NCBI RefSeq assembly: GCF_036321535.1
Contig: NC_087454.1
Coordinates: forward strand, 20,460,001-20,524,000
DNA length: 64,000 nt
Source: Camelus dromedarius
Taxonomy: Eukaryota
Direction of reading: 5' to 3'
A program made the position numbers and the translations under genes. Positions 27,550-39,135 of the stretch are shown in pieces (the stretch's first letter is position 1; the number at the start of each line of letters is the position of its first letter). The notes under the pieces are model-generated. The model ran no database searches. It saw only the letters and a program-made list of their open reading frames with translations, and had not been told where the DNA came from.

Positions 27550-29732
27550 TCAGAGCCGGGCCTCGCCCACCCCTCCAGGCTTCTTCAGATAGTCACCACC
27601 ACCCCTGCCATCGGTGGAGATTTCCTGGAAAACGGTGAGCATGGAGTGCCGGACTCTGTCAGCCAGCGCCGGGACGTCGTCTGGTGTCAGCCCTTCTGTG
27701 GGCACTGGGGGCAGCACCCGGACCTGACATTGCCCTGGATGGGGGTAGGGGGCGGTGAGCACCATTGCGGCCTATCTACTGGGACTTTGATCACAGGCGG
27801 AGCCTGGTTTCTGAGCGCTCCTGCTACTTACTCTCCTCCTTAACCTTTCAGTTCTCTTCCCCTTGCCCTGGACAGCTGCCCTCTGCTCACCAGCTGCCAC
27901 CTGTTCTCGGAGGTCCTCCTGTACAAAGCCTTCCTCAAACCCCAGTCCAGACACCTCAGTGCCCTGCCAGCCCCTGCTGTCTAGGTTTAGCGTTTACTGC
28001 TGAATATTACAGCTTGGCACATGTAGGCTTTATCCTTCCCGCTAGACAGTAGTGGCCCCTCTTGGAGGGACCAAGCGTTACCCACCTAGCAGGATGCAGT
28101 GGGTGCTTCATAAATACTTACTGGCTGATGTCACACTAGATGAGCCTGTGGACATCTCACAGTTCTGACACTGCCTGAACCTCCTGCCTCCCGGGGACGT
28201 CCCTCTAGCCTCTCCCAGGCCTTCCTGGCCAGCCCCCAATCCCGGATCTGCTCAGAGCCCTCACCCGAAGTGAAGCGGCGCTCCTTCTTGCAGTAGAAGT
28301 CTTGATAGGAGGACATGACTATGGGGACGATGGGAACCTGAGGAAGGCGAAAAGCGATCAGCCCACAGCTCCCTTCCGAGGCCCCCACGACAAACCTCTG
28401 CCAAGAGAGGAAGGGATGGTGGGGGCTGGGGGCGCAGCAGTAGAAGGGGAAGTAGTAATCACCTGGGCCTGCACTGCAAGGTGGAAGGCGCCACGTTTGA
28501 AGGGCAGCATGGAGCCGTTGTGGTTTCTTGTGCCCTCAGGAAAAACCCAGACTCGTACCTGGAAGGGGTCAGAAAATGGCTGTGATGCTGTAATGGGACT
28601 TCTGAGGTCTGCTGGCCCTGCACATCAGTTTATTTACAACTGTTCTACTCCTTAACCCTCCAGTTCCCCAGGGTGACTCACNNNNNNNNNNNNNNNNNNN
28701 NNNNNNNNNNNNNNNNNNNNNNNNNNNNNNNNNNNNNNNNNNNNNNNNNNNNNNNNNNNNNNNNNNNNNNNNNNNNNNNNNNNNNNNNNNNNNNNNNNNN
28801 NNNNNNNNNNNNNNNNNNNNNTGGGCACACAGCGCCCTGGCAGTACCTCCATCATCCCTAGGGCAGAGGTGGGGATGAGGTAAGGACCAGAGTGTCACAG
28901 GAAGCAGCCTACCTCACCCAGGTCATCACCCACACTACCAGGGACTGGAGATAAAGGAAGAGGCAGACTGAGGGGAGGGGGCAGGGAAGCCCCAAAAAGG
29001 AAGAAAGGGCAACTAAAGGTCTATTATCCTGCTTATGAGGGCAGCTCTACTCCAGGGAAAGAGGCCTGGGGAGGGAGCAAGGGTGCAACATCCCAGGTGA
29101 GGGAGGCTTGAGGACCTCTGGGGGATGACATCCCGGGGAAGGTTCCAGGAGGGCAGGCATGGCTAGGGGAGGCTGCTCACCAAGCAGGTCCAGGGAGCTC
29201 TGGTGGTTGGAGACGACAACGTAGGGCTGGGAGGGAGGGAAGTGGTGAGCCCCTCGCACCTCCACTCGGATCCCATACAGGTACTTGATGTGGAGCATCA
29301 TCAGACGCAAGATCCTGCGGGGTCAGGGAAGAGGGTTCCAGCGGAATCCGCTGACATCCACCTGCATGCCTCACCTCCCCTCAGCCCCTACCCACACCCC
29401 CTTTCTGGGCATCTTTGCATCTTCTCCTCCTTGTCCCTGGGCTCTCTCAGTGTCTCCACATCCGATACCTTCCCCATCCACACTCACTCACGACACTTAG
29501 GCTCCCTCATCACCCAACACTCCGACCCTCACTTCATGTTCTCCACGTTGCGCCCTCGCACGGCGCACACGGNNNNNNNNNNNNNNNNNNNNNNNNNNNN
29601 NNNNNNNNNNNNNNNNNNNNNNNNNNNNNNNNNNNNNNNNNNNNNNNNNNNNNNNNNNNNNNNNNNNNNNNNNNNNNNNNNNNNNNNNNNNNNNNNNNNN
29701 NNNNNNNNNNNNGCCCCTGGCCACAGCTCCAT
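27550..29732 (-). CDS. AGPAT1: 1-acyl-sn-glycerol-3-phosphate acyltransferase alpha (LPAAT1), ~287 aa
   Basis: Exons 29732-29533 (partly N), 29314-29181, 28857-28682 (partly N), 28558-28463, 28337-28265, 27734-27550 (864 nt); acyltransferase motifs NHQSSLD and FPEGTRN; ends [11 protein letters not shown]. Confidence 0.96.
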
Positions 29733-30083
29733 GCTGGTCACCTGCAGGGGATGGGGCAAAGGACAGTGGGCCTGGCTCCTGGGAGGGGGATGGGGCAGGC
29801 AAGGTGCAGAAGGCAGGGTCTGGTAGGGCTCTGGGGACAAGGGCCAGAGACACAGAATAGGGCCAGAACTCTCATCAAAACCTGTCTAGGAAGCCTCTCT
29901 AGGCTGGGGGCAGAGGGGATGGGAGCTCAGGCCTGCTCTCCTACCCCTCGCCCTGAAGGCTGCAGATACATTCAGACAAGAGACACAAGACACGGACATC
30001 CACAGACACGCAATAATAAAAGGACATTAATAACAACAGCTAACACTTGTAGCTGGTAAGGATCTTATAATGGTCTAGCCCGC

Positions 30084-30390
30084 CACTGTCCAATATGGTA
30101 GCCACCAGCCACATATGGCTACTGAGCACTTGAAATGTGGTCTGGTCTGAACTGAGATGCCAGAAGTGTAAAATACACATTGGATTCAAAAGACTTTGAA
30201 TGAAAAACAGAAGGTAAAATATCCCATTAATCATCTTTTATATTGGTAACTCTGAAATTTTAAACTTTCGGACATACTTGGTTCAACATACTAAAGTAAA
30301 TTTCACCCTGTGACTTTTTACCTTTTTTATGTAGCTACCAGAAAATTTAAAATTACATATGTGGCTTGCATTATACTTCTGTTGGACAGG
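30084..30390 (-). mobile_element. MER33 hAT DNA transposon
   Basis: Terminal inverted repeats ctgtccaata...tgttggacag; internal tagccaccagccacatatggctactgagcacttgaaatgtgg. Confidence 0.75.
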
Positions 30391-31679
30391 GTTGGTCTAT
30401 ATATTAAGTTAAGCTTTTCAATATGAACCACACAATTTACATTTAAAACTAAATAGGCCCAGAGTGGTTAAAAAACTTACTTGAGGTGATATGATTCCTA
30501 AGAGGCACTTCCTAGCTTAAACCTAAGTGGCTGTGCTTCTAACCACTCGGCTACACTGCTGCCTGTCTACACACACACACGTGTACACACAGCAGGGACA
30601 GGGAAACTGACAAAACACTCACAGACATTCTCAAGGGCCGACTGGCAAGAATAAAGTCTCCGTCACAAACGCAGACACACACAGGCACATAGGCTGACCT
30701 GTCCACACACACACACAAATTTATTATCACACCCATGGCAGATAAAGGATTATAAACGCATACCCAGAAGAACCCCTCTCCACCTAAGCAGGCTCCCTTG
30801 TCCCCTTATCTGGACACGACATACCAGGGGTGGCTCTGTCCATTAATCCTGCCTCCACAGACAGGCAAACAAATCCCACCAGCCCCTTCCCTCCCTTCCA
30901 GTGACGCTGGAGCACTGTGGTCAGGCAGGTAGCTTGTAGGTGAAAAAAAGAGGGCAAAGAGTAAAAGGGACATCACACCACCTGCCGGGGAGAGGAAAGG
31001 GCTCAGGAGGAAGAGGAGCACGCACACAGAACCTGCTTTCTAGACTTTTCCTCCTTCCTCCACTCTGTCCCACTGTTGGGGGCAGGGCCACAATTCACAA
31101 AAAACAGTGTTTAGGCAAATAACTGTCACTCACATCAAGGCCAGAGGCACTCCCTTCCAATGACAGAAGGGCTGTGCTCTAAGGTAAGCCCACTGCCAAA
31201 CAAGGGTAAAGGTAACAGGCAACAGAGGAAACAGGACTCTGCCAGCACTAGGGCAGCAGCGCTGCTCGATCCTACACCCCCCGCCCCCCAGTTTGGATGA
31301 GCACTGCTCCCCTGGATTATCTGCAACTCCTAACCCCTCCCCTTTAATCTGTCTTCCACCACGGCAACCACCGATGTTTCTGTTAACAGACCTCGGAGCA
31401 TATTTTGATCTTGCCTAAAGGCCCTTCTCGACAAGCTTACTTCTGCTTACGTCTTTGGCCACACCGCCAAAAAAGCCTCTTTTGCTCCAGTCAAACTGAT
31501 TTACTTCAGCTCCTCAGACACACCGTGATCTTTCATGCTTCTGTGCTGTGAACACGCTGTTCCCTCTGGCTGGAATGTCCTTCCGCCTCTTCACTTGTCT
31601 CACACACTTCAGTGGCACTTTTTGGAAGTCTTCCTGAACCCCTCCAAGCCTGTGTTTTCATTACACTTTTATCTTAATC

Positions 31680-31822
31680 ACTGGTTTTCAAAGTGTGGAA
31701 ATGTAGATTCTTAGACCTCACCTCTGATCTGCTGAATCTTGGACATTGGGCCCATCAATCTGTATATTATTTTAAGAAGCCCTTCAGATGAGTCTGATGT
31801 GCACACAGGTTTGAGAACCACC
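31680..31822. mobile_element. MER5-like remnant
   Basis: ctggttttcaaagtgtgg...gcacacaggtttgagaaccac termini. Confidence 0.5.
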
Positions 31823-33574
31823 CATCCTGACACAAGGCAGGGTGTAACTGCTCAGGGCATTTTTATTTTCCTCCCCAACCTGTAAGCAGCTTAAGGACAG
31901 GAACTGTCTTATGCCCAGGGCAGAAGGAAGCAGAGAAGACACTCACTAAACATCTGCTGAACAGATTCTACTTCTGTATACATACCCACACAGCCATAAC
32001 TAAGGACAGAGACAATGGTTCTAAACAATGAATCAGCTACCCTCCTGAGGACTATCAACTATGAAAAGGCACCAAGAAAGTAATGAACACACCAGACCAA
32101 AAAGTAACCTACTCTGAATCTACACATAAGATACGGGGTCACGGTGAAGGCAGAGGGACAACAATCAACACGGCACTTACCATCTCACACACAGTAGAAG
32201 CATACAGAATGGGGATTAACATGCCACAGGGGAAAGATGCTGCTGTCATCCAACAGATGCCAACAGTGCAAAGAGTGAGGGACAGACAATGGGCACGGCA
32301 GGGCTGACCCTGCGGTGTGCACTGAGTTTCCCGGACAGACGGTTCACAGCCACTGGAGGCAATGTGGGTGAAGAGACAAGAGCCCGCGAGGTCAGCAACG
32401 TAAGGCACATGGGGGTGGTTCTTTAGGGACATGGAGACCCAGTTACCTTCTTCTCTAATATTCGACATCAAGTGACCCTCTCCAGAGCAGGACTGTCTGA
32501 GGACTTATAAGCCCAGTGGAAGGCAAATGAGGTACTGAGCATACCGCTCATAAAATATATTGTCAATAAAATCATGAAATGAATAGTACGTGTAACCAGA
32601 AGCAAGAAGCTATGGACATGTCACGTCAGCACATCATGTGAAGGGACACACATATGTGCACTGTGAACCGAGACTGGGAAAACAAACGCGGTAAACAGGC
32701 CAGTCTGATCACAACATGAGTGTGCGCTGGTCAGCTAAGCCACGAGATCCCACACAGAGACGACTGCCTGTGGCAGGGCTGTGGACGTAACCTGTGAGCC
32801 CGAACAAACTAAAGTATAACCTTTACAGGTTAAAGTAAACATGCAAAACCATAAAATGTGTAAGAAACATGAAACCACATAATAGACGCAACAGATGAAA
32901 AACACACACACGTGAACGTGTTAAGACTGGACAGGAGACATGGGCATCAGATATGAGAACAGGAGATTCTGATGGAAAAGAACACATCATTTCTTCACAG
33001 CCCATGGAGAGCATAGGACAACCTAGCTGCACCCAAGCCATTAAACATGTCAAAGGCACACGGACTCCATGTAGAAAACATGGCCCCCTATGAGGCACTG
33101 CATGTCAGTAAGGGTCTACAACAGTATAGAAGGCCACAAGAAACAAGAGGTCCCGTGCCTAGAGAGAAACAGAGGTGTCTGAGGGCATTCGTAGGAAGCC
33201 AATTCTGCTGGGGGAAGGAGGGCAATACACTGCCTTCTGCCTGCCACAAGCCCCCCAAGATCATGTGGGGCCAAAGGGCAAGAAAAGGAATTGGGAAAGT
33301 GTCGGGAATTCCCTCTCCAAGATTCCCCGTCCACACCCCCATCCCAAATTAACAGGGTCTCCATCTCTCCTTCCTCTTGTGTCTCTTCCATCCTTCCTCC
33401 CTCTCAGGCCCCCTCTCCTTTCCCCAGCAACCCTCTCCCCAGTCGGCCCTTATCCTTTTCTCACCAATCCTCTCTCCGGTCCGCCCTCCCAGACCCAGTT
33501 TTTCCCCCATCCCCTCCTCCTCGTCCCTTTTAACACCCTCCTCCCTCCTCCGCCCATCCCTTTCCTGCCCCCAC

Positions 33575-33880
33575 CTCAGTGGGGTGGGGGGCCTGGGGGG
33601 CTGGCCCCCTCCCCAGCCGGGCTGCGGCAGCGGTGGTGGCGGGTGGCTGTGTCTCTGCCTCAGTCGGGGTGTCGGTGCCAAGGGGGCGACAGGATTTGGG
33701 GGTGTCCTAGCCCCGGCCGATGGAGGGGAGGTGAGAGTGGGAGGCTGGGCCCATAGCGGTAGGAATGGTGGGGGGTTGTCCCCCCAGCTCCCTCCCTCCC
33801 TTCCTGCTGTCTCTCTGAGGGCTGGGGCTGCTGCTGCCGCTATCCCCCGCCACCCCTCCCCACGCCCGCTAGTTTCCGGG
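33575..33880 (-). other. AGPAT1: AGPAT1 non-coding 5' exon (proximal first exon)
   Basis: Donor CCCCACTGAG|gtgggg at 33575/33574; acceptor cag|GTGACCAGCATG at 29741; matches recalled human 5' UTR junction; 5' end approximate. Confidence 0.65.
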
Positions 33881-34551
33881 GCTGGCCAGGAAGTAGGGGG
33901 CGGTGATGGGCGCTGTGTTTTGCCAATCGCCTCCCGGGGACCCAGGCATCTCCTCCCCACATCTTTCAGTAGTCTCTTGCTAGCTCCTCCCCACGGGAGC
34001 TCGCCCTGGCTCTGCCTCCCTCGCACTGGCCTTCTCTGCCTCCAGCTGTATTTTTTTTCCCACAGTTTCCCTTCAGCACACATGCCTTGGGTGCCCCGTG
34101 GTGCTGTATTCCTTCCGTGACCCGGTCCTTCTCATTCTCCATCAGCTCTCCTCTTAGTCAATTGGTTTCTTCGTTTCTCCTTAACGCCCACATCTGCTAC
34201 TTATTCCCTCCAATTCCAACCCTTCTCCAACTCCTTCCTCCTGTTCCCTGTTCAAGTCCAAATATTTATCAAGCACCTACTATATGCCAAGCACTGAGTT
34301 CTTCACCTCTCTCTTTCTCTCCAGGGCTCCATCTCACCGCAACTTGCCCTCCGGCCCTCTTGCCTGGTCTCTCTGCCCTTTGTCCCCCCACTATCTCCCA
34401 GCAGTCCAGCTCCCTCCTCCACCCACTCCCTTCCTGGTCTTTGGAGAGAAGGGATACTCTCAGGCCCTCTCCCTGCTCCTGTCCTCCCCCCATTCCTTAA
34501 CTTAGTACTTCTTTTCTAGTTCCTTTCCTTCATATCAGTCTCCTTACTCAC

Positions 34552-34700
34552 CGAAGCTGAGACAACTGAGCTGTTTTGCGATTGGCAAAACAGAGCCCAT
34601 CACCGCCCCCTCTCCGCAAAGCAGAAAAGTACTCTTTTCTTCCAATGGAAATTGGGCATTAGGGTTGCTTTCTTGAAAAATTAAGTGGGGAAGAATGCTG
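34552..34700 (-). other. Possible additional AGPAT1 5' UTR exon
   Basis: Near-consensus donor TTCG|gtgagtaag at 34552/34551; 5' boundary unknown. Confidence 0.35.
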
Positions 34701-35199
34701 ATTCTTCTGGGATGAGCATGCCTCCTTAATTTTGTCATCATGTACCTAGCTCTCTCCCCAGCCCTCTTCCCCATACTCCCATCATCCCCTTACCAAGATT
34801 ACTCCATCACTTCTCCCTTCTTGGTCTCCACCTCTCCCTCTCAATAACTGCCCCTAGACCTCTACATGCCTCCTGAACCTTTACCTCCCCTGCCTTAGAC
34901 AACTCCCAACTTTTTACCTTTCCTCACTTGAGTCACTTGGACCTTTTATAAGGATGTTGAATAGGCCTCAGCTTGTGTCTGGCCTCCACGTCCTCAGACA
35001 CCTTTGCCCTGAGAGTTTACACGCCCTGAGCAACAGGATGTAAAGAACACTAATAATGAGAGGGCTGTTACCTAGTCCTGCTCCTTGGGCCACAGTGAGG
35101 GCCACAGACTGTAGAAAAGGCCCAAACTCGTAGGAAAGGCCCAGACTCTAGCAGCTAGCCCAACTCCCAGGGGTCCAGCCCGGGAGGAAGACCCCCGGA

Positions 35200-36379
35200 C
35201 ACAGTACGAGAAGGAAGGGGCGGGCCTAACCCCATTCCGCCGCGGGTCGCCTAAAAGGGGGGCGGGCCTTGCCTCTTCTGCACCCTCACAAGGGGGCGGA
35301 GCTAGACCTTTTCTGCTCTTAAGATTTAAAACGGAGTCGAGATCAACTCTGTTCTACTGTGTCACATTAGAAAGGGGGTGGGCATTTAGTTCAGTTCTAC
35401 TCTGTAAATCACCTAGAGATGGGCGGACTGAGTCGTCCAGATGAGGGAGATGGGTTAACACCAGCGCTGCAAATCGAGGTTGGCACCATCCAAAAGTCGG
35501 GCTAATCCCAGTTCTGCTCCCTTCTTCACTAAGAGGGAAGGGCAGACCCAAGCTCTGTCCTCTACGTCACCGAAGGAGGCCGGAGCCATTTTGAACCCTG
35601 CGACCCCAGTATTTGTCCTCTTTTCCGAGCTCTTCGCCGTCTTTTCCGATCTCGGCCAATCAAGGGCGAAAGAAACGGCCCAATCAGCCGAGAGAGTCCA
35701 CAGCCGGAGGACCCGGATGAGGCCGAGCCGAGGCCTTTGAACCCAAACCCCGCCAATTGTAGAGCAGTCACCATGGCGACAAGAGAGAGGTGAAGGGGTG
35801 GGACCCGAGGAGGCTCAACCCTTACAGGATTGGCCCACCCCTTCCCGCCGCCTGCTGCGCACGCGCATTTTACCTAGCCACCATTTTCCGTCGAGTTCTA
35901 GCCAACCAATTGCTTTGGAGTCATACGCTCCAAAGTCCAATAGGAATGCGGACGTTCTCTGAAAGAGGAAGTAGAGGCAAAAAAGGGGTTTTGGTGGGCG
36001 AGGTCTATGTGGTCTTGAGCCAATTGCCTCTGGCCTTTGGTTATGACGGGCAGCTACTCGGACGAATAAAGCCTTCCCTGGCAGTGCGACAGGACGTATG
36101 GAGTTGTTACCAATCCCTTGGCACTGCATACTGACGTCGACTGTACCAGCCAATAGTCAGTGTGCAAGGGCCGGACCGCGCAAACCTCTTTCCACCCCCC
36201 ACCCTTTGGACCAATTCTTTCTTTAGGCCCTGTGTGATTGGCAGGCACTCAGGCCAATAGTGATTAGAAAACCTTGAAGCCTGCCCAAAGATCGTGGGCA
36301 GGAGGCGGTTTCTCGTTTGCTGGGGCGTTTGTATGTTTGTTTCGGGGGATTGAGGGGTACGAGGGGGCGAAGCAGAACT
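35200..36379. promoter_or_regulatory. AGPAT1/RNF5 bidirectional CpG-island promoter
   Basis: Head-to-head genes; GC boxes, 12 CCAAT/ATTGG pentamers, X-box GTCACCATGGCGAC at 35767-35780, YY1-like gccatttt at ~35585. Confidence 0.8.
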
Positions 36380-37212
36380 NNNNNNNNNNNNNNNNNNNNN
36401 NNNNNNNNNNNNNNNNNNNNNNNNNNNNNNNNNNNNNNNNNNNNNNNNNNNNNNNNNNNNNNNNNNNNNNNNNNNNNNNNNNNNNNNNNNNNNNNNNNNN
36501 NNNNNNNNNNNNNNNNNNNNNNNNNNNNNNNNNNNNNNNNGCGCGAAAAGGAGTGGGGTTCACCTCCATACCCGGGAGGCTGGGGGCGCGGGGACCATAC
36601 AGTCATATGGATACTCGGAGGGCACAGTCTCATAGGTGAGGCCTGAGGAGGGGGTCTTACGTCTTTTTGGGCATGTGTGGGCGAGAGGGTCACGTCTGTA
36701 CAGAGAAGACCTGGGAGAGGGGAGTGATAGGAATTAGGAGCTGAGGCGTATGGTGTGTTAAGAAGTGTGGCGCCGCGCCGGGGGTGGGCACCAGACATCT
36801 GTGCAGGTGAGACCCTAGCCACCTTACCCTTGGGAAGGATCTTAGCTGTACAGGTGGATACGGACTAGACTCAAAGGTCAGGAGAGGCACGCATCAACTG
36901 AGTTGGGGGAGATCTAGAGAATCTAGGGAATGTGAGGTTACATTCAGGTGAGAGATGGGAAGAGGTGGTATGGCAAACTGGGGACAAGGGCACTGTGGAG
37001 GGGCAGCCCCCAGGGGTTAAGGAATTGTGGAAATAGGGATTTTATTGGGCATAGGAGAGAGGAAAAGGAGTAGTGGGGTAAGTGCTAGTAAAAGAGGGTT
37101 TGGTTTGGGAGTGATGAGGGCAAGGATGGGGACTGGGGCTGAAAGAGTAGATCTGGAAAAGTGTGCTTGAAGAGTGGAAATTAAGTCCAAAGACAGAGAA
37201 GGGAGGGGGAGA

Positions 37213-37293
<81 letters not shown>

Positions 37294-38303
37294 TTGGGGG
37301 AGAGGAAACGGTTGAGCATGTTGAGGATGGATGTACCTCTGAGGGGAAGTCAGAGAACCAGGAAGGCTGAGTTGGCTGGCCTGGTAGAGGTTGTGGAAAA
37401 TATGAAAAGAAACAGCAGGTAATACCTGGGAAGAGGGGGCGAGATGGGACTGAGGTTGGGTCTGTGTCTCTCTTTTGTGTAGCTGGTTTGACCTTTCTTT
37501 TTTCCCCCTTCCAGCTGGCCCTGTCTTCATCAGGTGCGTACTCAGAGGATATGAAGAGGGAATTGGGGAGGTCTGAGAAGCTGGAAGACCCTTCTGTGTA
37601 CTGGAAACCACTACATTTTTTTCCCCCAGTGGCTGGAGACACGGCCAGAGCGGCAAGAGTGCCCAGTGTGTAAAGCTGGGATCAGCAGAGAAAAGGTTGT
37701 CCCCCTTTATGGGCGAGGGAGCCAGAAGCCCCAGGATCCCAGGTGAGAGAGGGGAAGTGGTGCCGAGGGAAGGTGGAAGCTTCTGTCCTGGGAGTGGGTG
37801 TGGAAGAGGAGGGAATATTTCCTGTTGATAGTCCCTCTCCTCTTCCTCAGATTGAAAACCCCACCTCGCCCCCAGGGCCAGCGACCAGCTCCGGAGAGCA
37901 GAGGGGTGAGTCTTGTCTGATTGTGTTCCTTCCTGGCCAAAGACTTGCCCATCTCCCTACTGACTTTCTCCACCTCTCTAGGGATTCCAGCCATTTGGTG
38001 ACACTGGGGGCTTTCACTTCTCATTTGGTGTTGGTGCTTTTCCCTTTGGCTTTTTCACCACCATCTTCAACACCCATGAGCCATTCCGTCGGGGTACAGG
38101 TAAGAGACTTCCCTCAGCTATTACCAGCAAGCCCTCTGAATCCCCCCAGCCCCCGTCCGGGCCTACAAGTGGATGCTCTTTCCACAGCTTTCCTCTCTCC
38201 CACAGGTGTGGATCTGAGACAGGGTCACCCGGCCTCCAGCTGGCAGGACTCCCTCTTCCTGTTTCTCGCCATCTTCTTCTTTTTCTGGCTGCTCAGTATT
38301 TGA
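36380..38303 (+). CDS. RNF5: RING finger E3 ubiquitin ligase RNF5 (RMA1), ~180 aa; first coding exon hidden in N-run 36380-36540
   Basis: Visible exons 37515-37533, 37630-37742, 37851-37905, 37982-38099, 38206-38303: (C)[36 protein letters not shown]...[16 protein letters not shown]...[21 protein letters not shown]; start position inferred. Confidence 0.93.
37214..37292 (+). repeat. Perfect (TG)~39 microsatellite in RNF5 intron 1
   Basis: Uninterrupted tg run read directly. Confidence 0.97.
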
Positions 38304-38755
38304 GCTGTGTCTCCTTCCTGCCCACCTCCAGCCAGGGAGAATCAGTATTGGGGGTCTCTGCTGACCCTTCCTTAACCACGGACCCTCCCCTCAACTACTC
38401 CCTTTCTCTTGGCTAAGGCCAACCCCGGCCACTTTCTGGGAGGGTGTGGGGAGGAGGAGTGACATCTGTGCATAGGATGGGAAAACCTTTGCTCTGAACT
38501 GCTCCGTCAGTAGCATCAGAACTCCCAGCTCTGAGAGAGGAGGACGGACGGAAGAGACTATCTGTCTCTCCTCTCCCGATCCTCCACTCTCCCCAGCATT
38601 TCTTGATTTGATGTTGACAGGTGGGCAAGGCTCCCTCTTTCTCTTCCCCACAGCCTCCTTGTTGATTTAATTTAATTTTTCTCTCCCCAGTGTCTAACGT
38701 GGGTTTTGACTCTTAAGTGCTTCCTTCCCCTCACTACCTCCTTTACTACAAATTC

Positions 38756-38761
38756 AATAAA
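38756..38761 (+). terminator. RNF5 polyadenylation signal AATAAA
   Basis: ttcaataaacaagg ~450 nt after the stop. Confidence 0.75.
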
Positions 38762-39135
38762 CAAGGTGAGATCTAGTCATGGGAACTCTGCCCACCTTGG
38801 CCCGTCCCTCCTTCCTTCCATGACAGGAACATCTTCTCCCCAACTTGCGTAGATTTTGGTGTGGTGTGGGGAAGCATGCGCTTGAGCCCCTCTCCTTCAG
38901 GGCTCTCAAGCGTGCAGGGGGTGAGGGTGTCTCACACACACACACACACACACACGAGTGAATGGGGCAAGACGTGTCAGGTGTTTACTCATCGCAGTTT
39001 GTGGGAGGCTCTGGTTGTGGAAGAAAGTCTGGGGAGGTGGGGTAGAGATTATACAGCGGGGAACTGGTCTGGGGCCAGAACACAGGGTGGGAGAAGGAAA
39101 AGGGAGCTGATGGTTGGGGTCAGGCTTCGGGCCCC

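Noticed and set aside
28338-28462. Position of human mirtron-like miR-6721 (and miR-6833 at ~37790-37850 in RNF5)
   Set aside because: Only partial similarity to the recalled human sequences and no convincing hairpin by eye
33175-34120. Overlapping 193-247 aa ORFs on both strands in AGPAT1 intron 1 and its 5' exon
   Set aside because: Purine/pyrimidine-skewed low-complexity sequence; peptides lack domain features
36380-36540. RNF5 (and PPT2, AGPAT1, PBX2) seeming to lack a start or exons, suggesting pseudogenes
   Set aside because: The missing parts coincide with N-runs of the right size; all visible exons are intact and in frame
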